Source of the DNA: Mobula hypostoma | Taxonomy: Eukaryota | Length of the DNA stretch: 64,000 nt | Direction: 5' to 3' | Assembly: GCF_963921235.1 (NCBI RefSeq) | Contig: NC_086101.1 | Coordinates: 8,434,001-8,498,000 of the forward strand | Shown: positions 26,107 to 37,935 of the stretch, in pieces | How the letters are laid out: every line of letters begins with the position of its first letter | Position numbering within the stretch: the first letter of the stretch is position 1 | Translations under genes and position numbers: made by a program | Notes under the pieces: generated by a model | What the model was told of the DNA's origin: nothing | Database searches by the model: none | The model's input: the letters and a program-made list of their open reading frames with translations, nothing else

Positions 26107-26531
26107 GGATATACCAGGACCTGGCAGAGGGTGAGGTGCACCGCACCCTGATGTGGGAGCCAGTGAGGGGGTTGGCCTTCACCAACAACCTGGTGAGGTA
26201 CCAGGGCCACTCGCTGATCGTGCCCAAGCGGGGCCTCTACTACGTCTACTGTCAGGTGGGCTTCCGGGGCAGCGGGTGCCAGGAGAAGCCGCTCACCCTC
26301 TCCCACCAGGTGTACCGGCGACATGACTCCTATCCCCAGCCCCTTCTGCTGCTCACTGGGACCGAGACGGTGTGTGGAAGAAGCCAGGGTCGAGGCATCT
26401 GGTACACAACTCTCAGCCATGGCGCAATGGTGGAGCTGGAGCAAGACCACCACCTCTACGTTAACGTCAGTAACCCCACCTTGGTCGACTACCTGGATGG
26501 CAAGACCTTCTTTGGAGTCATCAAGATCTGA
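26107..26531 (+). CDS. LTB: LTB-like gene, coding exon 4 (TNF homology domain to stop)
   Basis: Acceptor ...tctgtctgatgtgcag|. Encodes IYQDLAEGEVHRTLMWEPVRGLAF...GLYYVYCQVGFRG...LLLTGTETVC...WYTT...YVNVSNPTLVDYLDGKTFFGVIKI*. Motifs match LTB (GLYYLYCLVGYRG, GAETV, WYT, YVNISHPDMVDFARGKTFFG). The four exons total 684 nt = 227 aa + stop. Confidence 0.93.
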
Positions 26532-27997
26532 TCAAGGGGTGCGGGGAAGGGTTAGGGCAGCTTACGTTTCCCCATCTTCGCTCTCTGTTTTGCCTTTTGT
26601 TTTTAAGATCTACATATATCCTATCTGATTTTTCAACTATTTGCAATAGTCTGGCAAGATACAGAAGCCTGGTTATGTCAGAAGAGGGCAGGAGAGGGGT
26701 TTAGTTGAGAAAGGTCTCAGCCCAAAATGTCAACTGTTTATTCCCCTCCATAGAAGCTGCCCGACCCGCTGAGTTCCTGCAGCGTTTTGTGCGTGTTGCT
26801 TAAGATTTCCAGCATCTGTAGAATCTCTTGTGTTTATTAATTAGTCAAGTCCAGGCTACTGGAGAATAGCAGTAGAAGCGGTCAAAGGGCAAAGGTGAAG
26901 CAAGAAGGATTCACGAGTGCCTGGGTCACAAGTGTCGAAGGTCTGAGCAAGTCCGCAATTCAAAAGCCTGAAGGTCAAGCACATGATAAACATGATTAAC
27001 ATGTCCTGGGGTCAAGTAATACCACACTTCTGGTGCCCACGGAGCATGCCCACAATTCACTAACCCTAACCATATGCCATTGTAAAGTTTGAGGAAACCA
27101 GAGCACCCAGACAAAAGCCATGTGGTCACAGGGAGAATGTGCAAACTCCGTGCAAATGGAGGTGGAACTTGAACTCTGACTACCGGTGCAACCAGTACAG
27201 CACTGTTCCATCCTATCTGATGGACCTTGAAGTGACTATCTGCAGGGTGTAAAAGTATAATGGTATCATTGCCAAGTGAATGAGGTGGTCACTGGTAATT
27301 GGTTTACATTACTGCTTATTGTTATTTGTTCATGATGGAAGCCCTGTAGTCATCTGGGGTGGAGAACTCCAAAGGTTGAGTAAAGACTGACCTTCATCTC
27401 TGTCCAGAACAACCAACTGCTTACTTTGAGACTGTGGCCCCTAATTCCAGAGAATCAATCGGGGAGCTGGCAAACCTTCCAAAATTAGATTAGATTGATC
27501 TAACCGGACAGGTTAAATTCACAAATTGCCACACCGTCCATCAATCCCCTGATTTAATCCTAGCCTACTCATGGGACAGTATACAATTCTGGTAGGTTTT
27601 GGAATCTGGGAGGAAACTGGAGCACACGGAGGGAACCCACGCGGTCACGAGGAGAACGTACAAACCCCTTACAGGTAGCGGCGGGATTTGAACCCTTGCC
27701 ATCTGTGCTGAGCTCTACACTACCATGCTGTCCCCTGTATCAAAGTGCAGTGAAAAAAAGGTTGTTTTGTATGTCATTTCCTTTCATTGTATCAGTGCAT
27801 TGAGGTTGTACAAGGGAAAAGTAGAAAGAAAATGCAGAATGAACCGGAATCACAAACTAGAGTCAAACAGGACACCAGCAAGTGTCCTGATGACGAATCT
27901 CGGTCATAAACGTCGTCATCTTTTCCATAGATGCCGCCTGGCCTGCTGAGTTCCTCCAGCATTTTTGTTGCAGAATAAAGTGATACAGTCACAAAAG

Positions 27998-28275
27998 GCA
28001 CGGTAGCATAGCGGTTAGTGCATCGTTTTACAGTGCTAGCGATTGGGGGGGGGGTCAATGCCTGCCACTGACTGTAAGGAGTTCTCCCCGTGACTGTGTG
28101 GGTTTCTTCCGGGTGCTTCAGTTTCCTCCCACATTCCTAAAGACGTACAGGTTAGATTGTGGCCCTGCTATGTTGGCGCAGGAAGCGCGTCGACACTTGC
28201 GGGCTTCTCCCTAGCACATCCTCGGACTGTGAAACATTTGGTCTTTGTCGCAGTTTCAGTCTACATGTCACAAAT
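27998..28275 (+). mobile_element. tRNA-derived V-SINE (HE1-like); related copies at ~7300-7600(-), 20630-20890(-), 27010-27210(-), 27560-27735(-), 34050-34265(+), 50200-50500(-), 61170-61450(+)
   Basis: A-box-like ggtagcatagcggttag head and V-domain-like gttctccccgtgactgtgtgggtttcttccgggtgcttcagtttcctcccaca. Confidence 0.7.
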
Positions 28276-28299
28276 ATAGCTAATCTTTAATCTTTAGAG

Positions 28300-28745
28300 A
28301 AAATTCTGTTCAGACAATGAGGTGCGAGAGCCACGACGATGTGGATAGACAGTGCGGTCGAGCGTTCAATGACGACAAATTTTTGGCTTGCTGCCCTCCT
28401 TAAAGAGTGTTGAGTTGGAGGTCTCCAATTCGCTTATGCAGGCTGCATTATGTGAGGGAATCCCTCTGCAGGCCGCACCCGGGGATCAAGCTGGAATTCT
28501 GCCGTTGGTTAATTGAGAGCTGGAAAGGAACAGCAGCCGGAGAGATGACGGGCGGACGGGGCTACAGCGGGACTCGGACGACGAGTTACCGTGGGCATCA
28601 AGGGCACAGGCTGGAAGCTGTGGTTCCGCCTGTCGGTCAGTCAGGGGCAGCAGCCAATCACTCTGTCGTTGGCATAGCAACAGAAAGTCTGGAGTTCGAG
28701 GCTCCTAACGTTGGGAATGCATATTCCAATTGGCCCATTCGTCCC
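28300..28745. promoter_or_regulatory. CpG-rich candidate regulatory element with RFX X-box, CCAAT box and kB-like palindrome
   Basis: GTTGGCATAGCAAC (28668-28681), CCAAT (28654-28658), GAGGGAATCCCTC (28454-28466), in non-TE sequence. Confidence 0.4.
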
Positions 28746-28764
28746 ATCAGCGATGAGATAATCA

Positions 28765-29330
28765 TCGAGACTTTGGTCAGGCCGCAGCTGGGGCACCCTG
28801 AGCAATTCTGTGACCCGTATTTAAGAAAAGATGCGCTGGCATTGGAGAGGGTCCAGAGGAAGTTAACGGGAATGATTCCAAGAATGAAAGGGTTAACGTA
28901 TGATGAGCGTTTGATGGCTCTGGTCCTGTATTCGCCGGGGCTTAGAAAAATAGGGGTGGTGGTGGTGGTGGGGGGGGGGGGGAGATCTCATTGAAATCTA
29001 TCGAATGTTAAAAGTCTAGTGGATGTGGAGAGGATGTTTCCCAGGTGAAGGAGTCTAGGACCAAAAGGCACAGCCTCAGAAAAGAGGGACGCCCATTTAG
29101 AGCAGAGATGAGGAAAAATTTATTCAGCTAGAGAGTGGTGAATCTGTGGAATCCGTTGCCACGGGCAGTTGTCCGAGCCACCGGAGGCTGACGCGATCGG
29201 GATTAGTAAAATGTTACGGGGTGAAGGCAAAAGAATGGGGTTGCGAGGGAAAATAAATCAGGTAGGATGGAATGGCGTAGCAGAGTCGATGGGCCGAAGG
29301 GCTCGATTCCACTTCTATAGATTATGATAT
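28765..29330 (+). mobile_element. Old CR1 3' fragment
   Basis: LVRPQLGHPEQFCDPYLRKD...; CR1-like 3' UTR. Confidence 0.8.
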
Positions 29331-30772
29331 TATGGACATTTATCGTATCGGGAGGTTATATTTCTTAGGATGCGTGTCAAGTTTTCGGACGGGGTAAAGC
29401 TCCGAGGCACTGCGGAGCGTCCGTTGTGGGAGGGCGGGGGCTGGTGGAGGAGCGGCATTGGTTTACCACCTCCCTCCAACATCGGAACCCGCTGACAGTG
29501 CGGAACGCAGCGGTGCGGTGGAAACCACCCGAGAGCCCTACTACTCAAACACCCCCACCGTCGGTCTCGGCAGGTTGCAGCCGAAAGCTGCAACGGCAAA
29601 CAAACCAATTTTATTCCGCGCTGGAAACGACTTGAATACTTTGTGTGCGTTTAATCTTCACGGCTCCAGGCGAGCTGGTTTTGCCATTATGTGACATTTT
29701 CACAATGTTTGTAATGAATTCACAATAAAATAAAAACTGGAACGTTCCGGCAGTTATCGATCTGTGGCGATGATACGAAACTTTTCTTCACAAAGAGGAA
29801 ATAACACGAAAACTTTCGGGCAGATCTCCCAAGGATCTGGTTGAACGGGAGTAAACAATGCTGAAAATCACTCCCCGTCCCTCTCGCCCCACCCCCCGCC
29901 CTCACCACACACACAGCCTTCTCTCTCTCTCTCCTTTCTGTTATTACCTTCCTCCTCTCTCTGTCGTTATCTCTCATTCTCTCATCCTTCTGTCTCTTAC
30001 TCGTTTTCACTCTTCCCTCCCTTGCTATCTAAACACCCTCCTTTCTCTCCTCTGTGTTCCTCTCTCTCTACCTTAACCACCCTCTCTATCCGTCCTTCCC
30101 TCTCCCTTCTCTCCACTCTTTTTCTTCTTCCCATTTCTCTCTCGCTCTCTCTCCCTCAATCGCCCTCTCCGCTTCCCCTCCTCGTCACACTCCCCTCCTT
30201 CCCCCGCTGTTCCTCTCCCCTTCTCCCTCCATGTTCCTCTGGGTTGAGTCGAACACTCCAACACCAGTACCGAGCACTGGAAGAAGAGCATCCGTAAATT
30301 CGTTGCTGCTCCGATTGGTCACAAGGGGTTACAATCTGTAAGCCTCTTCTACATTACATCAAAGCCTCCACGTCTTTGCTGTAATGGGGCACCCAGAAAC
30401 GAATGCAATACTTAACACAGAGCCCAGTAGAGTTGCATAAAATCTGCAGAAACACTGGCACAGGACACCGGGGTCAGATGGCCTGCTGTTCTATCTGGGA
30501 TCCTGCCGTCCCTCTCCCAACCATTGTTCCATTCCAAACGGAGAGGATGCAGCGCTAGTGATATGACGGGACATTTCAGAAACCCCAGTCGCTGCTGCAA
30601 GCGAATCAGGTCTCTGTGCTGTATTTAGCATTTAGGAAGGCTGGGTCCCTCCTGCATCCCAAAAATGTGCTGGCTGGTAGGTTAACTGGCCTGTGTGTGT
30701 GAGTGTGTGTATGTATGTGTGTGTGGGGGGGGGGGTTGCGCGGTGGTTACAGAAATGTAGTGGAAATAAAGG

Positions 30773-31011
30773 CAATGGTATTCATTGTAGATCAGTGTAA
30801 AGGGATGTTCGATGGTTTACACACTCAATGATATCCATTGTAGATCAGTGTAAATGGGTGTTCCATGGTTCACACACTCAATTATATTTATTATAGATCA
30901 ATGTAAATGGGTGTTCAATGGCTTACACACACCAATGGTATTCATTATAGATGAGTGTAAATGTGTGTTCAATGGGTTACACGCACTCAATGGTATTCAT
31001 TGCAGATGAGT
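30773..31011 (+). repeat. ~53-bp tandem repeat, ~4.4 copies
   Basis: Unit caatggtattcattgtagatcagtgtaaatgggtgttcaatggtttacacact. Confidence 0.85.
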
Positions 31012-32014
31012 CTTTGGTGACATACCAGATCTCCTCAAAGTCCTAATGAAATATAGCCGCTGATATACCTGCATCGTGAATGCATCAATATGTTGGGCCC
31101 TGGATGTTCCTCTGAGATGCTGGTACCCAGAAACTTGATGATGCTCAACCTTTTTCGTGCTGACCCCTGAATGAGGACTGATGCGTGTTCTCCCGACTTG
31201 CCCTACCTGAAGATCACAGAGTCCGTGGAGAGGAGGCTGGTCTCGCTAATGGCTGAGCATGTCCATATCTCTCTCTAGTTGCTCTACCACTCCATACTGC
31301 ATCCATAAGACCTAGACAGAGGAGCAGAATCCAGCCATTCTGTCATCAAATCTGCTCTGCCATTCCATCATGGCTCATTTATTATCCCTCTCAAACCCAT
31401 TTTCCTGCCTTCCCCCACAACCTTTGAAGCCCTGACAAATCAAGAACCCATATAGGATGCTAAGTATCGTGAGTCAATAAAAGTTGGCGAAGGTTAATGG
31501 GGACATGCTGAATATCGCTCTATGTCCCTCTGATCAGTGATTGCTTATTGGTCAGACTACAATGACCCAGGAGTCCCTACTTCTTGTTAAGCCAATTAGC
31601 CCTACTGGGCACAGGCCATTGCTAGCAGCTTACCGGAGTCCTCTGTCCTGGGTTCTCTCCATCTTCCTGATGCATCCTTCCGATCCCAGGGATGAAGTCT
31701 TTGGGGGTTATGTTGGTGTTTCTGTAACTTAGTGCTTTTACAGGATGGTGTTGCTAATCCCATGACCAAACCTCCTCCTTGCACTACCAGGCTTGGGGTC
31801 CACCCAAGGCAGAGTTCATGAAACCTTGCTACAGTTTTCTGCTTAATCTCATTGTGCACTGAGAGCACTTTCCCCAGTCTCTCTTCACATTTCTCCATTG
31901 CCTTTATTTGTGTGTGTGTTTTTTTTCTTCTCTTTCCCTTTTCTGATTAACATCTCGGTCTCATTTCGTGAATCCCCAAGCTTCCCCAAACCCTCGGGTT
32001 TACTGGGAAACTTT

Positions 32015-33185
32015 TAGAAACATAGAAACATAGAAAATAGGTGCAGGAGTAGGCCATTCGGCCCTTCGAGCCTGCACCGCCATTTATTATGATCATGGCT
32101 GATCATCCAACTCAGAACCCAGCCTTCCCTCCATACCCCCTGACCCCTGTAGCCACAAGGGCCATATCTAACTTCCTTTTAAACATAGCTAATGAACTGG
32201 CCTCAACAGTTTGCTGTGGCAGAGAATTCCACAGATTCACCACTCTCTGTGTGAAGAAGTTTTTCCTAACCTCGGTCCTAAAAGGCTTCCCCTCTATCCT
32301 CAAACTGTGACCCCTCGTTCTAGACCTCCCCAACATCGGGAACAATCTTCCTGCATCTAGCCTGTCCAATCCCTTTAGGATCTTATACGTTTCAATCAGA
32401 TCCCCCCTCAATCTTCTAAATTCCAACGAGTACAAGCCCAGTTCATCCAGTCTTTCTTCATATGAAAGACCTGCCATCCCAGGAATCAATCTGGTGAACC
32501 TTCTTTGTACTCCCTCTATGGCAAAGATGTCTTTCCTCAGATTAGGGGACCAAAACTGCACACAATACTCCAGGTGTGGTCTCACCAAGGCCTTGTACAA
32601 CTGCAGTAGTACCTCCCTGCTCCTGTACTCGAATCCTCTCGCTATAAATGCCAGCATACCGTTCGCCTTTTTCACCGCCTGCTGTACCTGCATGCCCACT
32701 TTCAATGACTGGTGTATAATGACACCCAGGTCTCGTTGCACCTCCCCTTTTCCTAATCGGCCACCATTCAGATAATAATCTGTTTTCCTATTTTTGCCAC
32801 CAAAGTGGATAACTTCACATTTATCCACATTAAATTGCATCTGCCATGAGTTTGCCCACTCACCCAACCTATCCAAGTCACCCTGCATCCTCTTAGCATC
32901 CTCCTCACTGCTAACACTGCCACCCAGCTTCGTGTCATCCGCAAACTTGGAGATGCTGCATTTAATTCCCTCATCCAAGTCATTAATATATATTGTAAAC
33001 AACTGGGGTCCCAGCACTGAGCCTTGCGGTACCCCACTAGTCATCGCCTGCCATTCTGAAAAGGTCCCGTTTATTCCCACTCTTTGCTTCCTGTCTGCTA
33101 ACCAATTCTCCACCCACACCAATACCTTACCCCCAATACCGTGTGCTTTAAGTTTGCACACTAATCTCCTATGTGGGACCTTGTC
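32015..33185 (-). mobile_element. Young 5'-truncated CR1 LINE, copy 3
   Basis: 349-aa ORF nearly identical to copies 1 and 2; same tail. Confidence 0.97.
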
Positions 33186-33304
33186 TAGCCTTTTTGCTTT
33201 GATGCGCTCCTGTGCTTAATTTCCCTCGAAGCCCAGAGGTGAAGTGCAGGTATGCAGGTGTGTGGGGAGTTTTCCACAACAGCTTTACCCAGTACCAGTA
33301 CTCA

Positions 33305-33960
33305 GAATCAAATCAGGTTTATTATCACTGAAATTTATTATCACAAAATTTGTTGTTCTGTGGCAGCAGTACAGTGCAATATATGAAAAATTACTATAAG
33401 TTACAATAAAAAAACATAAATAATAACTAGAGCAAAAAGAGCAAAATAGTAAGGTAGTGTTCATGAATCCATGGATTGTTCAGCAATCTCACAGTGGATG
33501 GGGAGAAGCTGCTTCTAAGACATTGGGTTTATGTCGTCAGACTCCTGTACCTCCTCCCCGATGTAGTAATGGAAGAGGGCATGCCCTGGATGGTGAGGGC
33601 CTTAGTGATGGATGCTGCCTTTTTGAATCATTGCCCATTGGGTCCATGGTGGAGCTGGATGAGCTTACAACCCTCTGCAGCTTTTTCCAATCCTGTACGT
33701 TGGCGCCTCCACGCCAGACGGTGATGCAAGCAATAAGAATGCTCTCCACGACACAGCTGTAGAAATTTGCAAGTGCCTTTGGTGACATAGCAAATCTCCT
33801 CAAACTCCTAATGAAATATAGCCATTGGCATGAGGACTAGTGTGTCTTCTCCCAACTTCCCCTTCCTGCAGACCCCAATCAATTCTTTGTTCTTACTGAT
33901 GTTGAGTGCAAGGTTTTTGTTGTGACACCACTCAACCAGCCGATCTAGCTCTCTCCTCTA
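33305..33960 (-). mobile_element. Old Rex1/Babar-derived 3' fragment; similar pieces at ~6770-7080, 9706-10150, 16830-17190, 19330-19815, 39325-39915, 62620-62915
   Basis: RRFAMSPKALANFYSCVVESILIACITVW...KKLQRVV peptide and shared 3' UTR. Confidence 0.75.
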
Positions 33961-35013
33961 TGCTCCTGTACTTTATTCTGGCCTGAATTCACCAATACCG
34001 TGGGCACCACCATAATTACAGCTCGTAGTTCATTTCTAGCCCCGTTCTGTAAGGAGTCTGTACGTATTCCCCATGGAATGTGTGGGGTTTCTCCAGGTCC
34101 TCCAGTTTACTCCCACAGTCCAAAGACGTACCGAGTAGGTTCACTGGTCATTGTAAATTGTCCGATGGTGAGGTTAGTGTTAATCAGAGTTGTGGGGTTG
34201 CAGGGGCAGTGTGGCCCTCAGGGCAGAAGGGACTGCTCTGTGCTGTATCGCTAAATAAAAAATAAATTAAAATGCATTATAAAGTTGTTTCATAAACTTC
34301 CCAGCTCTTAATAAAGGGAACGTATCACATGTCTTTTCAGAACTTTGTCTACCAACGTTGCCACCCTCATCAACTACTAGTCCACTAAGATCCCTCTGTT
34401 CCTTAAAAGTCACGAGGGCTGTAACATTCACTGTACAGCACATAACAGGTAACAATTAAATTATAGACATCCTAAGGTCGATTGTTGACCATAAGTTTGA
34501 AAATATGACTTAGGAGGATAGGTTGAGCGAGCTAGGGCTTTTCTCGTTGGAGTGAAGGATGGATGAAAGTTGACTTGATAGAGGCAGAGATTGTGTGGAT
34601 GGCCAGAGACTTCTTCCCAGAGTGGCAATGGCTAATACCACAGGACATGATTTTAGGTGAGTGGAGAAAGGTTCAGGGGAAATGACAGAGGTAATTTTTC
34701 TTTACACAGCGAGCAGTAAATGCCTGGAAAGCACTTCCGGGAGTGGTTATGGAGGCAGATACGTTAGGGACATTTAAAAGATATTTAAATAGATACATGT
34801 ATGAAAGAAAACTGGATGGTTTTGGACTATGTAGGAGGGAAGTGTTAGATTGATTGTATGGTAGATTAAAAGGTCAACTCAACATTTTGTGGCAAAGGGC
34901 TCATACTACTAAATGTTCTATGATCTGCTAAACACACCTACACTGTATTGTAATGACTGGATTCGAAAGAACAAAATACTGCTAAGTTTGATTAAAAAAA
35001 TACTAAATGTAGA

Positions 35014-36588
35014 CCTTCCCAATGATGCTCAGCGTTAATGCTGAGCATCATTGGGAATGTCTTCGCCCGTGCGGTCCTGAACAGACTGCAGAAAATAGCC
35101 AAAAGGGTAAACACTGTATCCCGAGTCTCAGTGCGGTTTCAGGTTGGAACATTCCACAATCGACATGATCTTCTCCCTTCGACAGCTACAAGAGAAATGC
35201 AGAGAGCAAAGACAACCACTCTACGTCGCTTTCATTGACCTCACGCAGGCCTTCGACCTTGTGAGCAGAGACGGCCTGTTCAAAATCCTCGCCAGGATTG
35301 GTTGTCCCCCAAGGCTCCTCAGGATAGTTCAGTCATTCCACACAGACATGAAGGTGTCGTTCAGTTCGACGGCTCTTCTTCGGAGGCCTTCAACATCCGC
35401 AGCTGTGTGAAGCAGGGCTGTGTGCTTGCCCCCACCCTGTTCGGCATCTTCTTTGCAGACATGCTGAAGCACGCCTTTGGAACATCAACTGATGGTGTCT
35501 ACCTCCACACCAGATCGGACGGGAGGCTGTTCAGTCTGTCCCGGCTGAGGGTGAAAAGCAAGGTTCGTGAAGTACTCATCAGGGACATGTTGTTTGCAGA
35601 CGACGCGGCATTGGCAACACACCCTGAAGAGCAACTGCAACACCTCATGGACAGCTTCTCAAGAGCCTGCCAGGACTTCAGCTTGATCATCGACCTGAAG
35701 AAGACCAACGCATTGAGCCAAGGCGTTGAGCACCCCCCTGCCATCACCATCAACAACTACGAGCTGGAGGTAGTTCACGAGTTTACATACCTTGGCTCCA
35801 CCATCACGGACAGCCTCTCCCTCGACCCCAAGATCAACAGACGGATCGGACGAGCAGCCTCAACATTCGCCAGGCTGACAAAGAGAGTCTAGGAGAACAG
35901 AAAGCTGATGCCGCACACCAAGGTTGCAGTCTACAGGGCTTGCGTCCTCAGCACACTGCTTTACGGCAGCGAGACCTGGAGCCTCTACTACAGACAAGAG
36001 CAGCGTCTCAACGCCTTCCACCTTCGCAGCCTGAGACGCATCCTGGACATCACGTAGACTGACCGAGTCACCAACAATGAGGTCCTGGCCCACGCCCAGA
36101 TACCCAACCTCTTCATCCTGCTCCAACAACGCCATCTCCGCTGGCTGGGCCACGTACACCGCATGTCAGACGGGAGGATCCTGAAAGACCTGCTGCACGG
36201 GGAACTGGCCTCCAGCAGGAGAGCACAAGGGCGGCCCCATCTTCGTTTCAAAGACGTTTGCAAGAGAGACATGAAGTCACTGAAAATGAACGTCGAGAGG
36301 TGGGAGGACATCGCAAGCGATCGCTCTCACTGGAGGCTGGAACTACGCAGAGGGCTAAAAAGAGGAGAAGAGAAGCTGAGGCTTGCTGCTAAAGAAAAAC
36401 ACACTCGTCGGAAAAACAGCACCAAGACAACACTGGAGGACAGTGCCTTCAAGTGCAGTCGCTGCAGCCGAGACTGTCACTCCCTTGTGGGCCTCTACAG
36501 CCACAACAGACGCTGCTCTAACACAGACTGAAGCAAGACTTTCCAGGCGCAGATCCATGGTCTCGTGAGACTAACGGATACCACCCAC
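35014..36588 (+). mobile_element. RTE-clade LINE, 5'-truncated, with 12-bp TSD
   Basis: STIDMIFSLRQLQEKCREQ, FIDLTQAFDLV, KQGCVLAPTLF, LFADDAAL, C-terminal CxxC...H...C motif. TSD actaaatgtaga at 35002-35013 and 36589-36600. Several stops and frameshifts. Confidence 0.95.
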
Positions 36589-36770
36589 ACTAAATGTAGA
36601 GAGAAAGAGTATACTAATTCTGCTGTCTGTAGGATGTACATCAGACTTCTGAATTTAACAATACCATGGGCACCCTTTCGAGTGTCAGATTCTCCATATC
36701 TCAAGTGTTCATAACCTAGGCATGGCCTGCATAAGTCCTCACAGTTGGAATCAAATCTATTATCACTGAC

Positions 36771-37283
36771 ATGGGGCGTATGGGGTGTCCAGGGAAGGGC
36801 AGCAACTCTGGTGACTGGGGTTGTCGTGTCCATTCTGGGGCAGCTCACTCACTGGACGCTCAGCTCTCACCTCTAGCTCCAAGTAGATGTTTGCACGCAA
36901 GTGTGGCCACACCTGGATACACAGCTTCGACAGGCGGGCTGAACCGGGTGAGCATAGCCGACAGCCTCATTCATCGGTGAGATAGGGACATGCTTGCCCC
37001 GGCAAGAAGTCGGCTCTGGCCGACTGGGTGAGTGACGCCGACGGTGGGCTCCAATGGTCAGGAAGGCAGTTCCGCAACACTTCGGAGAGAGCAAAGGGCA
37101 AAACAAGGCACAGAAGTCATGGCCATCCACTGCAACCAAGGAAGTCCCCAGTCTGTGACATCCACAGAACCCTGACTTCTGAGGTCAAGAGAGTGGAACT
37201 GGCCCAGTGCAAGGGCTTTTCCATTCTAAAAACTCTCCCCCACAGGTCTCCTGTCAGTGTTGGATACAACAGACAACCAACAT
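36771..37283 (+). mobile_element. Unclassified GC-rich non-autonomous repeat with an RTE-like 3' end
   Basis: Sharp compositional boundaries. Its end (ggatacaacagacaacca) resembles the RTE end at ~43065-43090. Single copy in the window. Confidence 0.4.
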
Positions 37284-37330
37284 ATAGAACATAGAACATT
37301 GAGTAGCATGGCACAGTTGTCCCATGATAT

Positions 37331-37935
37331 GATCATGAAGACATGCAGTCCTCTTTTATTGTCATTTAGTATTGCATGCATTAAGAAATGATACAATATT
37401 TCCTCCGGTGTGATATCACAAAACACAGGACAAACCAAGACTGACAAAACCACATAATTATAACATATAGTTACAACAGTGCAACAATACCATAACTTGA
37501 TGAAGAAGTCCGTGAGCACAGTAAAGTTCAAAGTTTCTCAAATGTCCCACATCTCACGCAGACGGGAGAAGGAAGAAAAACTCTCCCTGCCATGCCGACC
37601 ACAATCCGACTCTGAGTCATCCGAAAACTTCGAGCTATGATCAGCTCTCCGACACCGAGTACTGAGTGCCATCTCTGTCTGAGCAATTCGACCTCAACCT
37701 TGGTCGCCAAAAGCAGGCAAGGTTGGGGATTTTGAGGCCTACTCTCCGAAAGATTCCCCACCACACAGTAACAACAGCAGCGAACGCGCGTTTCAGAAAT
37801 TTCTCCAGATGTTCCTCTGTGCTTTCACGTCCATTCTCCATCAAATCAGAATTGTCCACGGCCCCTATTTAACGAATACGATATCATTTTCTCTGGAGAG
37901 GTGCGCACGCGCGGCGTGCCGCCATTTTCTCCTCC
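37331..37935 (-). mobile_element. Family X element, copy 3 (short subfamily)
   Basis: Same termini; lacks the internal ~50-bp segment present in copies 1, 2, 4 and 7. Confidence 0.9.

Noticed and set aside
27998..28075. tRNA gene
   Set aside because: Degenerate tRNA-like head runs straight into a V-SINE body; no acceptor stem.
28654..28735. MHC class II SXY promoter module
   Set aside because: An X-like box is present, but the X-Y spacing (about 9 or about 45 bp) does not match the conserved ~19-20 bp and no X2 box is evident.
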